A DNA stretch of 64,000 bases from Candidatus Bathyarchaeia archaeon (GTDB lineage: Archaea; Thermoproteota; Bathyarchaeia; Bathyarchaeales; Bathycorpusculaceae). Below, piece by piece: positions 28,565 through 39,174 of this stretch (within the stretch, counting starts at the first letter, position 1; every line of letters begins with the position of its first letter). The stretch is taken from NCBI GenBank assembly GCA_050010755.1, contig JBEKKK010000001.1:32001-96000 (forward strand). Reading direction: 5' to 3'. Under the pieces are notes generated by a model. The model was not told the origin of the DNA. It ran no database searches and saw only the letters and a program-made list of their open reading frames with translations. Made by a program: the position numbers and the translations under genes.

Positions 28565-29143
28565 CTATTTTCCTCCCGCGCCCGCTTTCAAGCTAGGCCT
28601 AACCTTTTCGGCTCCGCGTCCTCTTGTTCTCAGAGCCCTGACCTTCTTGCCTGCACTGGTTAGGCTTCTGAACGCTCTTCTGCGGTGTTGCTTCTGGCCT
28701 ATCCACCTGATGTTCTTATCGGCCTTTATCGCCGGATGATGCGCGTCGACCATTATCACTTCAAACCATTTTGAAACGCCGTCTTCTCCAACCCAGTAAG
28801 AGTTCAGGACTTCAAGGTTGGGAAACTTTCTTGCGACTCTTTCTTCGGCGATCAGCCTCAGGCTTTTTGAAGGCTTGAACTTTTTGACCCCCATCCGTTT
28901 CGGCCTTCTGCCCGCCTTAGGCCTCTGCTTTCGCATTCCCCCTCTTCTTATGCGAACGCGCGCCAAAACGAAGCCTTGCTTCGCCTTGTATCCCAGCTTT
29001 CTAGCCTTATCTAAGCGCGTCGGTTTCTCCACTCGGGTTATAACCGACTGCCCGCGCCATTCAATCAATCTCTGATGCATTAACTCGTCGACATAGGATT
29101 TCTCATGTTGAGCCCATGCCTCTGCAATGTATTTGTACGTCAA
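28565..29143 (-). CDS. rpl15e: 50S ribosomal protein L15e
   Basis: [38 protein letters not shown] start at 29143 after AGGTGG. Confidence 0.96.
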   Translation of the reverse strand: MTYKYIAEAWAQHEKSYVDELMHQRLIEWRGQSVITRVEKPTRLDKARKLGYKAKQGFVLARVRIRRGGMRKQRPKAGRRPKRMGVKKFKPSKSLRLIAEERVARKFPNLEVLNSYWVGEDGVSKWFEVIMVDAHHPAIKADKNIRWIGQKQHRRRAFRSLTSAGKKVRALRTRGRGAEKVRPSLKAGAGGK

Positions 29144-29167
29144 TCGTTTCCACCTTAACATTAGTTT

Positions 29168-29225
29168 ACGGTTCAGCCTTTACGGCCACATCCCTGCGGA
29201 CTTCAATCCGCCAGTAGCTTGAGTC
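29168..29225 (-). promoter_or_regulatory. Structured 5' leader of rpl15e (eL15 r-leader-like)
   Basis: Hairpin GCGGA-TTGAAG-TCCGC followed by GGGATGT-GGCC-GTAA-AGGC-TGAACC, a K-turn-like element. Confidence 0.6.
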
Positions 29226-29334
29226 ATAGCATCAAGCACCAAAATAAACCTTTCCAGAGCGCACGGGAATTGACTGCTTCACATTGAGAGGTAAGCTGGT
29301 AGTGCGCGCACAGAGCTCTGGGAGCAGGAAATGA

Positions 29335-30696
29335 CTATTTCACGATTCGTGAATTGGCTTCTTTAAACATTGTTAAGGTCTGTAACCGCCACTTTTCAAA
29401 GCCTTCTGGAGCAACCGGATACGTCTTGTAGTGTGCTTTGACTTGTTTCATCATGTTCACCGTGACGCGCAACCTGTTCAGGAACCTTATTCTCTTCAAC
29501 CCTTTGAAAACGCGTTTTGCAGTCTCCGAAACGTTCAGATGAAAGTCTTCGCCCATACCAGCCTTCAGAACATCCTCTTCTTTCAACAGCTGATAGTTCA
29601 TTCCATAGTTGAGGTCTTCGTCACGACTCTTCAGGAGCAGCAAACGGAAAATGTCCAGACTGGCCTGTTTCGCCCCGTAAATTTCCTCGTACCTGCAATT
29701 GTAAGGCCACAGTGCTTTCCTGCTGAAGTCATCTTTGTTGAAGGCCTCGAGGATTGTTTTGCCCACAAGGTGGCCGCTCAGCATTGACGGGCCTATGCCC
29801 CCACCGTGGATCGGATTGACGAGGCAGGCCGCATCGCCGATTATTGCCACTCCGTTGCCCACCATGTTATCAAGAGGCCTTCGCGTTGGATCGTACCACG
29901 CGCCTCCATTCAGGAGTAATGATCCCTCAAACATGGGTCTCGGCAGAATATGCTGATAAAACTGGTTTTTGGGGTTCGGGAAATCCCCTCGCATGCAAAT
30001 TCCCACGCCGGCGTTGACTCTCGCTCCGCTTTTTGGAAAAATCCAACTGTAGCCTCCGGGGCTAATCCTCTGATTCAGATAGATTTCGCAGTACTTTGTG
30101 TTCTCAGTTTCCTGCCTAAGCTGCCGTATTTCGCGATAGCAAGCTTCAACGTCTTCGTTTGCGACGTCGTTTTCGATTCCTAATTCTTGCGGAAGTTTTT
30201 TTCTGACAACGGCCACAAACCCACTCGCATCCACGATTACCTTGCTCTTCAACCGGGCATCTTTGCCAGTCTTCATGTTTTTGACCACGACACCTGTCAC
30301 GTAATGTTTCTCAATGATCGGTTTCAGACACTGTGCTGAATCAAGGAGACTTGAACCTTCATCGAGCGCTTTTCTCAACAGCCATTGCCCAAACAGGTGC
30401 CTGTTCAGCAAATAGCCCACGAAATCCTCATGTTCAATAGTGAAGACCGTATGCAAATCGGGCGAATATATCTTGATGCCCTCGATTCGCTTCTCCAGTT
30501 CACCGCCCTGTGGCTTTTCCAAACCCAAGTTTTTCAGATGATGCTCGCCCAACGCGTCGCCGCAGACTTTCTCTCCAATCTCCTCCCTCTTCTTTCTCTC
30601 AACCATACAGACTTTCAGGCCCGCCTCAGCTGTGGTTTTCGCCGCCAAGCATCCAGCGGTCCCAGCCCCAACAACTATGACATCGAATTCTTCCAA
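29335..30696 (-). CDS. Geranylgeranyl reductase family (digeranylgeranylglycerophospholipid reductase-like)
   Basis: GAGTAG, PGGYSWIFP, IGDAA..P..GGG, YxxxY. Confidence 0.88.
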   Translation of the reverse strand: MEEFDVIVVGAGTAGCLAAKTTAEAGLKVCMVERKKREEIGEKVCGDALGEHHLKNLGLEKPQGGELEKRIEGIKIYSPDLHTVFTIEHEDFVGYLLNRHLFGQWLLRKALDEGSSLLDSAQCLKPIIEKHYVTGVVVKNMKTGKDARLKSKVIVDASGFVAVVRKKLPQELGIENDVANEDVEACYREIRQLRQETENTKYCEIYLNQRISPGGYSWIFPKSGARVNAGVGICMRGDFPNPKNQFYQHILPRPMFEGSLLLNGGAWYDPTRRPLDNMVGNGVAIIGDAACLVNPIHGGGIGPSMLSGHLVGKTILEAFNKDDFSRKALWPYNCRYEEIYGAKQASLDIFRLLLLKSRDEDLNYGMNYQLLKEEDVLKAGMGEDFHLNVSETAKRVFKGLKRIRFLNRLRVTVNMMKQVKAHYKTYPVAPEGFEKWRLQTLTMFKEANSRIVK

Positions 30697-30961
30697 GCCG
30701 ACACACGCTCAACAGTTCCAATCTAGTTCGCCAATAGAGGCTCATAACTTTTGCTGAGTCTTTATATGCTTACTCGCCATCCGTCCCCTCAACTCCGAGC
30801 AATACTCGAAGGCTTTGACACGTCAGCAACGTATTTGTTACTTGCATCAGCGGGCAGGATTGCGCGTTTGAAAGACGTCTAAATGAGAGTCTATTTATAG
30901 GAAATGTGTAGTTCTAGTACAGATTGAGCGTTCATAATCGTTAATATACTCAAGAGCAACC

Positions 30962-31246
30962 ATGGACACAAGAATCAAAAAAGGTGTGCTTAACGATATG
31001 ATGAAGAAAGCTGATGTTAAGAAAAATATGGTTTACACGATTGACTTGACGAAAATCGATGGAGACGGAGCTTTTGAATGCCCGAAATGCGGATCTTTAA
31101 TATCGCCAGAAGACGAAACTGACACCACGTACGAGATCGTTGAAACCAAAGTCAAGGGTGACGACCTGGAAGAACTGGTGCTAACCTGCAAGAAATGCGG
31201 AACCACCATCAAGCTTGTAGGTTTTTTGGCACAGCCCCAAGCTTGA
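30962..31246 (+). CDS. Small zinc-ribbon protein
   Basis: CPKCG and CKKCG. Confidence 0.75.
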   Translation: MDTRIKKGVLNDMMKKADVKKNMVYTIDLTKIDGDGAFECPKCGSLISPEDETDTTYEIVETKVKGDDLEELVLTCKKCGTTIKLVGFLAQPQA

Positions 31247-31262
31247 CTTTGATAGCTTCCGT

Positions 31263-31538
31263 CTAACCCTCTTGTTCAAGTTTCCTACTTATTCCAGCAA
31301 AAACCGCCCATACCATAGCGCCATAGAAGAGGCCGTTTAGGACGGCGCTGAAATACAAAGAGTACTCGTTTACAGCTGGCCCCAGCTTGTAACATATGAA
31401 ATTTCCTGGAAACATGGGGAAAGGAGCCAATAGAGACGCCGCTGTAAACATCAAGAAGAAAATAAGCATAATCGGCGTCCCTCGCATTATCCGTTCACCT
31501 TCAAAGGCTTCGAAATGTTTTTGACGTGCTGAGTTCAA
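31263..31538 (-). CDS. Small membrane protein
   Basis: Two hydrophobic segments; start probably at the internal Met. Confidence 0.6.
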   Translation of the reverse strand: MNSARQKHFEAFEGERIMRGTPIMLIFFLMFTAASLLAPFPMFPGNFICYKLGPAVNEYSLYFSAVLNGLFYGAMVWAVFAGISRKLEQEG

Positions 31539-31603
31539 GGGTCTCGTAAGATTTTATAAACGTTTTTGTATGGATGTACAACAAAAATACAGATTACGAA
31601 TAA

Positions 31604-32725
31604 CTAAAGAATCGGCGTGAAAGGAACGGCACACAAGATGAATATAACTACCAGACCGACTGCGACTAGTTTTCTACTCCATGACAGGCTGGAAACATCA
31701 TCCAAAGGACCTGGGTGCCTGAAGGACAGCATCAAGACTACCAAAAAGGCCATCGGAACGAGCCCTTCAATGAATAGGTACACGATTGAAATGGCAGCAA
31801 GGGCAAATCTAAAATTCCTGTTTTCCCCTAGAACTGACCGTGCTACGTGACCCCCATCCAACATCGCAACTGGGAGTAGGTTCAGCGTTGTGACGAGCAT
31901 TCCAACCCAACCGGCAAATGCCACAGGATGCAAGAACAGAACGTCACCCTGTGGAGCCTTAGGGAACAAGTTCAAACCTCGCAGAAATAATTCAAGAATT
32001 TTCCACATTATCGGCTCACCTATTGAGGACGTGTTTGCGATTGAAGGGCCTGGAATTAGAAGCATCAGTCCAACGAGGCTGACGATGACCGCTATTATGA
32101 AACCGGCTATGGGACCGTCAGCCCCAACATCGAACAACGCATCTTTGTTTCGGGGAAGAGACTTCTGCATGATCACCGCGCCGAACGTTCCGAAACCTCC
32201 CACGACCGGCGGAGGTCCTGGGATAAAATAGGGCAGGGTCGCTTCGATGCCCTTTCTGTTGGCAGTTATCTTGTGGCCCATCTCATGAATTCCCAGCACG
32301 GCCATCACGGCTATCGTAAAACTCGCGCCTCCGATGAAGGGGTTAACCTCGCTGGGTGAAAGCATGTAGCCTGTCACAAATGTGGTTGCGATTGTTGCCA
32401 AGAAAAGGGCCCAGTTTATGAGAGTGTTACTCGGTTTTACAGTGGGCTTTGAGACAACTGTTAGAACGACTCTGTCGCCTGATCTTCGGAGCATAGCAAT
32501 CAGGTTCATCAGTCGCAATTTCTCTAGAAGTCTGAGAAAAGCCTGTTTTGTTTCTTGCGGCTGAGCCAGATAATACGTGGGAACGCCACTGTCCATCAAT
32601 GCTTCTTGAACCCGAAACTCGGAGGTAACCACGCTTGTGACTTGTTCAAAAGTGACCGGTGTGGAAGACGGTTGAACGTTCTCTCCGGGCGTTGCACTCA
32701 TGAAGATTTCCCTTTTTTGCTGCAC
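31604..32725 (-). CDS. Site-2 (M50) membrane metalloprotease
   Basis: HEMGH, GP, NLLP..LDGGH. Confidence 0.92.
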   Translation of the reverse strand: MQQKREIFMSATPGENVQPSSTPVTFEQVTSVVTSEFRVQEALMDSGVPTYYLAQPQETKQAFLRLLEKLRLMNLIAMLRRSGDRVVLTVVSKPTVKPSNTLINWALFLATIATTFVTGYMLSPSEVNPFIGGASFTIAVMAVLGIHEMGHKITANRKGIEATLPYFIPGPPPVVGGFGTFGAVIMQKSLPRNKDALFDVGADGPIAGFIIAVIVSLVGLMLLIPGPSIANTSSIGEPIMWKILELFLRGLNLFPKAPQGDVLFLHPVAFAGWVGMLVTTLNLLPVAMLDGGHVARSVLGENRNFRFALAAISIVYLFIEGLVPMAFLVVLMLSFRHPGPLDDVSSLSWSRKLVAVGLVVIFILCAVPFTPIL

Positions 32726-32992
32726 TAAAGTCGTCAGCGATACAAAAGTCTATTGGAATTACACGCTCAGACTCGTTGCGATCTGAGCCATGGAAGGCCG
32801 TGGGAGCGCTCTCCAAAGCCCGATTTAATTTGCTTTACCTGCCCCAGAAATGCTTTACGAGCGTTTTCCGGCAGAGCTACTGCCGCTCACTGCTCGAAAT
32901 GGCCTCAAATATTAAGCAAGTTTTATATTATGTGGAGACCAAATCTGTTGGTCGATTGGTTGAGGGTAATCTATAAGAGGAAAAAGAAACTC

Positions 32993-33217
32993 ATGAGATT
33001 AACCAAGCTCAAAGCATTCCTTGTTTTAAATCCAGGAGCAGTTTTCATAATCCTCTTTGCCGCGCTTGTTCTCACGTGTGCTTACCTCCTGATTCTGGGT
33101 AATCCTACCACCGTTATTGACCCAGTCGCTGTTCTTGCGTATTCTTTCTTGGCTATCGGCATTGTTTTGCAGGCGGTGGGTTTCATCAGAGCCAGGGCCC
33201 TGGGAGAGCGAGTGTAA
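32993..33217 (+). CDS. Small two-TM protein heading the glycosyltransferase operon
   Basis: MRLTKLKAFLVLNPGAVFI...; its stop abuts the next ATG. Confidence 0.65.
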   Translation: MRLTKLKAFLVLNPGAVFIILFAALVLTCAYLLILGNPTTVIDPVAVLAYSFLAIGIVLQAVGFIRARALGERV

Positions 33218-33946
33218 ATGGAAGACATGATTGACGTTTCTGTAATTCTATGTGCTTACAACGAGGGCGACATCATAAAGAGCTCCATCGACAAAGTTGA
33301 CAGCGTGATGACAAAAAGCGGTTGGAACTATGAAATCGTAGTCGTTGACGACGGCAGTTTAGACGATACTAGGGAGAAAGCTCTCAAATGCAGAACCCAA
33401 AGGAACAACGATCATTTGAAGGTTATCAGCCACTGGAAGAATGCTGGCAAAGGGGCTGCCATAAGGACGGGTTTTGCTCATGCCGAAGGCAAATTCATCG
33501 TGGCCATAGACAGCGATTTGGACGTTGATCCTTTCTTGATTCCCAATTACGTTGAAGCTTTAAAGACTAATGACATTGCGGTTGCTTCGAAGTGGAATCC
33601 CAAATCACGCACAATAATGACGTCCAAACGGAAAGTCTTGAGTTTCGGCTTCAATGCACTTTCCAGATTGCTCACAGGAATAAAACTGAGGGATACGCAG
33701 ACAGGGTTGAAGGCGTTCAGAAGAACAGTGTTTGAAAGAATGGCGCCCAAATTTCTAGTGGAACGGTATGCTTTCGACTTGGAGATGATGTCCGCGTGCA
33801 ATCACGCTGGTTTCAAAATTGTCGAATTGCCCGTTAACGTTCACGTTGAAAGTATGGTAAGCTTTAAGGAAATTCTCAGAATGAGCAGAGACATGGTTGA
33901 AGTCGCCTACAGGTTGAGAGTAAAGAAATATTACCAGCGCAACTAG
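33218..33946 (+). CDS. GT2 glycosyltransferase, dolichyl-phosphate glycosyltransferase-like
   Basis: AYNE, VDDGS.D, GKG.A, DSD, DTQTGLKAF. Confidence 0.88.
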   Translation: MEDMIDVSVILCAYNEGDIIKSSIDKVDSVMTKSGWNYEIVVVDDGSLDDTREKALKCRTQRNNDHLKVISHWKNAGKGAAIRTGFAHAEGKFIVAIDSDLDVDPFLIPNYVEALKTNDIAVASKWNPKSRTIMTSKRKVLSFGFNALSRLLTGIKLRDTQTGLKAFRRTVFERMAPKFLVERYAFDLEMMSACNHAGFKIVELPVNVHVESMVSFKEILRMSRDMVEVAYRLRVKKYYQRN

Positions 33947-33975
33947 TCTTAAGGAGTGTTGCGGTCTGGAAATGG

Positions 33976-35067
33976 ATGCAGAGACTAAAAATACTAGTTT
34001 TTAATTGGCGATGTTGGTTAAACCCTGAGATGGGCGGAGCAGAGGTTTTTACACATGAGGTACTCAAGAGGTGGGCTGCCGCAGGCCATCAGGTCACTCT
34101 GTTCACTGCAAAGTTCAGAGACAGCAAGCAAAACGAAGTTGATGACGGCGTTAACATAGTCAGGAGCGGTGGAACGTACTCTGTCTATTGGGGCGCAAGA
34201 AAATATTACCGCAGGTACTTCTCCAAAGAAGATTATGACATCGTCATAGACGAAATCAACACCGTGCCGTTTATGACTTCAAAATTCGTGAAGAGAGGAG
34301 AAAAAATCGTTGCTTTGATACATCAATTAGCCCGAGAGTACTGGTTCTATGAGACCCCATTTCCTGCAAGCTACTTTGGATACTATATCTTAGAAAAGAG
34401 GTGGCTCAATAAATACAGAAACATCCCCACGGTAACTGTGTCAGAGAGCAGCAGAAGAGACTTGGCTGACTTAGGCTTTGAAAAGGTCTTCATCGTTGGC
34501 GAAGGATTGAATTTCGAACCTCTGGAAAAACTAGGCGAAAAGACAGACTTCCCCGTAATAGTATTTGCAGGAAGGCTGAAGAAGGCAAAGAGGCCCGACA
34601 ATGCCGTCGAAGCTTTTAGAATGGTTAAGCAGAGGGTCCCGAACGCTGAGCTTTGGATAATCGGAGATGGCTATCTCAAAGAAAAGTTGATGCAAAATGC
34701 TCCCGAAGGCGTTAAATTTTTCAACTCGCTTTCAAATAAGAAGCGAAGAGACCTTATCAAAAAAAGCTGGGTACTAATCAATCCCAGCGCAAGGGAGGGC
34801 TTCGGATTAAACGTGATTGAGGCGAACGCCCTAGGAGTCCCAAGCGTTGCCTACAACGTAGCGGGATTAAGAGACGCCATCGTCGACGGAAAGACAGGGC
34901 TTCTTGCCAGTCCCGGGAACACTGAGGATTTGGCCAAGGCAATTGTTCGCACACTGACGGATGCTAATTTGAGAAACAGACTTTCAGAAGAGGCATTGAT
35001 CCGAGCCAGGAACTTTAACTGGGATAAAGTGGCTGATGAATTCATGAAAATCATCACTGCAGATTGA
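33976..35067 (+). CDS. GT4 glycosyltransferase
   Basis: GGAE, GRL...K, EGFGLNVIEA (EX7E). Confidence 0.9.
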   Translation: MQRLKILVFNWRCWLNPEMGGAEVFTHEVLKRWAAAGHQVTLFTAKFRDSKQNEVDDGVNIVRSGGTYSVYWGARKYYRRYFSKEDYDIVIDEINTVPFMTSKFVKRGEKIVALIHQLAREYWFYETPFPASYFGYYILEKRWLNKYRNIPTVTVSESSRRDLADLGFEKVFIVGEGLNFEPLEKLGEKTDFPVIVFAGRLKKAKRPDNAVEAFRMVKQRVPNAELWIIGDGYLKEKLMQNAPEGVKFFNSLSNKKRRDLIKKSWVLINPSAREGFGLNVIEANALGVPSVAYNVAGLRDAIVDGKTGLLASPGNTEDLAKAIVRTLTDANLRNRLSEEALIRARNFNWDKVADEFMKIITAD

Positions 35068-35073
35068 CGGGAC

Positions 35074-35907
35074 TTGCTTCGAGGAATGACTGAAAACAAG
35101 CCTTTAGTTTCGATTATCATTCCAACGAAGAACTCTGCAGACACGATTGACAAGTGTCTGGCATCAGTGAAGATGCAAAGTTATAACAAGATAGAGATAA
35201 TCTTGGTTGACAATTACTCCCGTGACGATACTCTAAATATTGCCAAGAAATATGGCACGAAGATTTTCCAAACAGGTCCCGAGCGAAGTGCGCAAGTCAA
35301 TCTTGGAGTATCCAGAGCCTTGGGCAAGTACGTGTATAGAGTTGATTCAGACTTCGTGCTCGAGCCGGGTGTTGTATTCGAAGCTGTTGAGAGCTGCGAG
35401 AAATCTGGTTACGATGCAATAGTCATTCACAACACTTCGGACCCGACGATTAGTTTTTGGGCCAAGGTCAGGAAAATGGAAAGAGACTCTTACAGAAACG
35501 ATGAAATCAACGTCGCAGCCCGCTTCTGGAAAAAAGAGGTGTTCGAGGCAATTGGGGGATTTGATGTTAATCTAATTGCAGGAGATGATTACGATCTTCA
35601 TAATAGGCTCTTGAAGGGCGGCTACAAAATAGGGTGGATCAAGGCACAGGAAACTCACATTGGAGAGCCGAGAAACATGGCCGAGATTTTCAGAAAACAT
35701 TACTTTTATGGCCAAAACTTGGGACGCTTTATCGAAAAAAACCAAGAAACAGCCTTGAAACAACTCAGCCCACTGAGACGAAGCCTCGTAAAAAGTCTTT
35801 CAGGATCTTGGCAAGATCCTGACATCATAATGGGTTTTTTCGTGTACCAATTTCTCAGGTACACCGCAGCAACTCTTGGAATGTTATCAGTCAGACTGAG
35901 CAGCTAG
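35074..35907 (+). CDS. GT2 glycosyltransferase
   Basis: VSIIIPTKN, DNYS.D, DSD, GGFD..DDYD. Confidence 0.88.
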   Translation: MLRGMTENKPLVSIIIPTKNSADTIDKCLASVKMQSYNKIEIILVDNYSRDDTLNIAKKYGTKIFQTGPERSAQVNLGVSRALGKYVYRVDSDFVLEPGVVFEAVESCEKSGYDAIVIHNTSDPTISFWAKVRKMERDSYRNDEINVAARFWKKEVFEAIGGFDVNLIAGDDYDLHNRLLKGGYKIGWIKAQETHIGEPRNMAEIFRKHYFYGQNLGRFIEKNQETALKQLSPLRRSLVKSLSGSWQDPDIIMGFFVYQFLRYTAATLGMLSVRLSS

Positions 35908-35924
35908 CGCCTGCAAGCCTGAAA

Positions 35925-38633
35925 TCAGGTTCTTCTTGCTCTGATTTTGCGCATGACGTTATGAGCGATTTCTCTGATATTCTTTCTAACCAGAAGCACA
36001 ACAAGTAATGCGGGAAGGATTGTTGAAGCAGCGACCGAGGCTGTTAGAAGATTCTGCGTCTCGTATACCACCGTTATTGTAAGATTTCCTGTAGCGTTCA
36101 CCAACCATCCGTTGGCAAAATCGTTAACTTCTACATGGTCATTCTCTGAGATTGGACTACCGTTAACGAACGCCTCCCAATGCGTGTCATAGCTTTCCAA
36201 GAACACCAGCAAAAACTCTGAATTTGATTCTGCCTTTGCAACGTAGCTTGTTGGAGATGTTTCCTGCCAAGAAAAACTATCAGGCGCTTGCAGCGTTCCG
36301 ATTTGCGACGTCAAATTCGTCTCCAGATTCGAGTTGATGAAGGCAGAATGCTGAATAGTGGACCAAGCTGAGTCGTTTATAAGCTGATACATGTTATCGA
36401 GGTTTGAAAACGGGAGAACGTTATCTGCGGTGTAGAATTTTTCTAGCGCGTAAGAGTTCTGATATAGAGAAGCGCCTTCCCATTCGTTAGCCAAAGAGAT
36501 TTCTGTGCTTCCATTCAGTAGTTTGAGGTCACTCACTTCGGTCAAGTTACCGCTTATAATGTTTTCTTCAACGAGGAAATCTTTGATGCCTAATATGCCC
36601 AGAAATTTCGGGGCACCGTCATTTCGAACGTATGCCTCCAGCTCCCACATGCTTACCATGTTGAAAGGCGACGCCTCCGTGAAGTTTATACGCAGTTTTG
36701 TTGCGGAGGCTACTTGTGGAAACACGTATTCCGGTTCAAGACTGGTGTTGTTAACAACCTTTACTTGGGTTGTCCAGACCGAGCCATTCCAGGTCTCTAT
36801 AGCATAGTCGTTTGCATATGCGTTCTCGAAAAAGATTTTTACGCTAGATAGCTGTTGAGTCGTGTTCCAATCAACTTCGAACCACTGAGGCGTACCGTGC
36901 TCAGAGGCCCATCGAGTTTTATAATCTCCGTCAATAGCTTGAGCGGGCACCAGTCCCTCTTTTTCAACTGAGCTCGCCGACGCTCTCCCTTCGGGTGCCA
37001 CATTTACATCTCCGCCCGTCAGCACCAATCCATAAACTTCGTTCAGCAAATCCAAATTCTCAGACTGAACGTATTCTGTTCCGCAATCAGATAAAATGGG
37101 CTTTGAAAAGACGAGAGGATACGGGTTTCCACACGCAAATATTCCTCCATTCGTGAAGTTATACGTTACGTAAGTACCTCTCTGCGGTAACAGAATCGTC
37201 CAGTAATTGCCAGGAATTGCATTCTCGGCCTCCTCAAAGTAGGGCGGAAGATATGACCCCTTAATGTTTGTGTCCAGATAGTTTTCTGTAACAACACCGG
37301 TAAACAGGGGATAAGATACATAAAAAAGCAATGCGATAATCAAGCCTACAACAAGAAGTTTCAAAACGCCATTTTTTATCCTTCTGTATGAAGTTGAAAC
37401 GAATAGCCCAATCAGTATTCCATAGGAGAGTACAACGAGAAATATCCAATTAGTCGGCTCTCGAAATGCTGTCATCACTGCAAAGTTATTTGCTAACCAA
37501 ACATAAACTTTATAGAACATTGGAGAGAAACCGCTAGTAAAAGCCAAAAACACCGCGGCTACTGAAGCAAAAAAAATCGCAAGTTTGCGTGATCTCGAAA
37601 CGAATAAGGCTGCAAACGCAAGAATTGGCGGGACATATGATAAGACTATGAGTATCGGGTTGCCAAGATACACCACTGAATAAGGAGTGTAATAACTGCC
37701 GAGAGCACCAGAATAGAAACTCCATTTCGCTATAAGTCTCAACACGTCGTGAGGCTCAATCAAGAGGCCATAGGACGACACCGTTGTCGTTGTATGAGCA
37801 TATCCCGCAAGAAGAGCACTAAAGTTTGCAAATATGAGCATAATGACCCATATCGAAGCAAGAAGGACAGCGAAGATGAATACAGCCAAGCACTTAATGT
37901 ACTTGCGGAATAACCCCCAATCGAAAGAAAAGTTCAAAAATTTGGCGTTTCCGTCTTTATGGTAACCGACTCCTAGACCCGCATTAATGTACATGAAAAA
38001 TAATGTCACGAGCAGTCCGACTACACATAGGACAGGTGCGCGATAGTTTGGAAAAGCCCCGTATGTTAGAGTGAACAGAAACCCAGAGATAGCGATGATT
38101 GTGTAGGATTCTTTCTTCAAACCTTCGGCAAATGCTACGAGGCAGGGCAGAATCATCAGCGACATATCTATGAAACCGATTGCCGTCTGCTCTCTGTCCA
38201 CGACCAAATGTATGTTCGAAGTGAAGAATAATGCAGCTATAAACGCTGCTATAATGTCGCCATTTGTGAGACGCTTGGCATAAACGTACATGAGAATTGA
38301 CACGAGAACATACATCAAATAAGTTGCCATTAACTGGGATGCAGAAGTGTTCACTCCAGCCTCTTGAAAAGCTGTTACCAAAAAAGAGAATGGATCAAGG
38401 ATTCTGGGCGAATATACCGATGGAATACCCCAATCAATTTCATTCCATGTATAAAACACGCCTTTGAGAAAAGCGCTCGGAAACACTGGAGGCCGAAGAT
38501 CGCCCCCCATCACAACATTGGAAGGTTGAAACCAATTCAAGGCTCTCAAGTTGACTAACAAAAAGATTACGAGCAGGAGTAGCTCCACGCGATTCAGATG
38601 TATTATATTTCTAAATCTTTTCAATACGGTCAA
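35925..38633 (-). CDS. Large GT-C-fold membrane protein with discoidin/CBM32 (F5/8 type C) domain, AftD/YfhO-like
   Basis: About 12 N-terminal TM, FR.P motif, AIDGD..TRWAS..QWFEVD, LVFLESYD..W..ANGW, C-terminal TM. Confidence 0.7.
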   Translation of the reverse strand: MTVLKRFRNIIHLNRVELLLLVIFLLVNLRALNWFQPSNVVMGGDLRPPVFPSAFLKGVFYTWNEIDWGIPSVYSPRILDPFSFLVTAFQEAGVNTSASQLMATYLMYVLVSILMYVYAKRLTNGDIIAAFIAALFFTSNIHLVVDREQTAIGFIDMSLMILPCLVAFAEGLKKESYTIIAISGFLFTLTYGAFPNYRAPVLCVVGLLVTLFFMYINAGLGVGYHKDGNAKFLNFSFDWGLFRKYIKCLAVFIFAVLLASIWVIMLIFANFSALLAGYAHTTTTVSSYGLLIEPHDVLRLIAKWSFYSGALGSYYTPYSVVYLGNPILIVLSYVPPILAFAALFVSRSRKLAIFFASVAAVFLAFTSGFSPMFYKVYVWLANNFAVMTAFREPTNWIFLVVLSYGILIGLFVSTSYRRIKNGVLKLLVVGLIIALLFYVSYPLFTGVVTENYLDTNIKGSYLPPYFEEAENAIPGNYWTILLPQRGTYVTYNFTNGGIFACGNPYPLVFSKPILSDCGTEYVQSENLDLLNEVYGLVLTGGDVNVAPEGRASASSVEKEGLVPAQAIDGDYKTRWASEHGTPQWFEVDWNTTQQLSSVKIFFENAYANDYAIETWNGSVWTTQVKVVNNTSLEPEYVFPQVASATKLRINFTEASPFNMVSMWELEAYVRNDGAPKFLGILGIKDFLVEENIISGNLTEVSDLKLLNGSTEISLANEWEGASLYQNSYALEKFYTADNVLPFSNLDNMYQLINDSAWSTIQHSAFINSNLETNLTSQIGTLQAPDSFSWQETSPTSYVAKAESNSEFLLVFLESYDTHWEAFVNGSPISENDHVEVNDFANGWLVNATGNLTITVVYETQNLLTASVAASTILPALLVVLLVRKNIREIAHNVMRKIRARRT

Positions 38634-39174
38634 TCAGTCCACAAAGCTACTTGAAGCCAGTTTGTTTAGTTCTGACTTAGAGTTATATAAACTTCTCCAA
38701 GAAGCCTGGCAAGTCAAGCACAGATGAGTGACTGCCCTAGCGAATCCGCGACAGTTTTTTCCGAATTTGACCAAAATGCATAGTTCAATTCTGAATAGAT
38801 TTTTCACTGCTGTTTCTCTTCTTTATGGACAATGAATGCTAAAAAAGAAGGTACCAAGTGTCCAAGTTTGCGCTCACTTTTCTATGTTTTTCCCTCAATC
38901 AATCTTTCTCTCGAAAATTACCATCGAACATATTTGGACTGAGAATTAATGATCCTAACATCACTCATCTTAAGCCTACTATTCTTATTATTTCCCTTAG
39001 AGGCATCCTAAGGCAGTTACGTTAACTGTCCGACGCTTAAAAGATGGGAAATCTGCTTTTGTTCAAATTATTAATACCACTTGAAACAGAGTGACCTATG
39101 ATAACCGCCGGCGATCCCGTTACCAAAATTTCCTAACGGTCTTCAACGACTATTAATGGTAGGAGATAAAGGCC

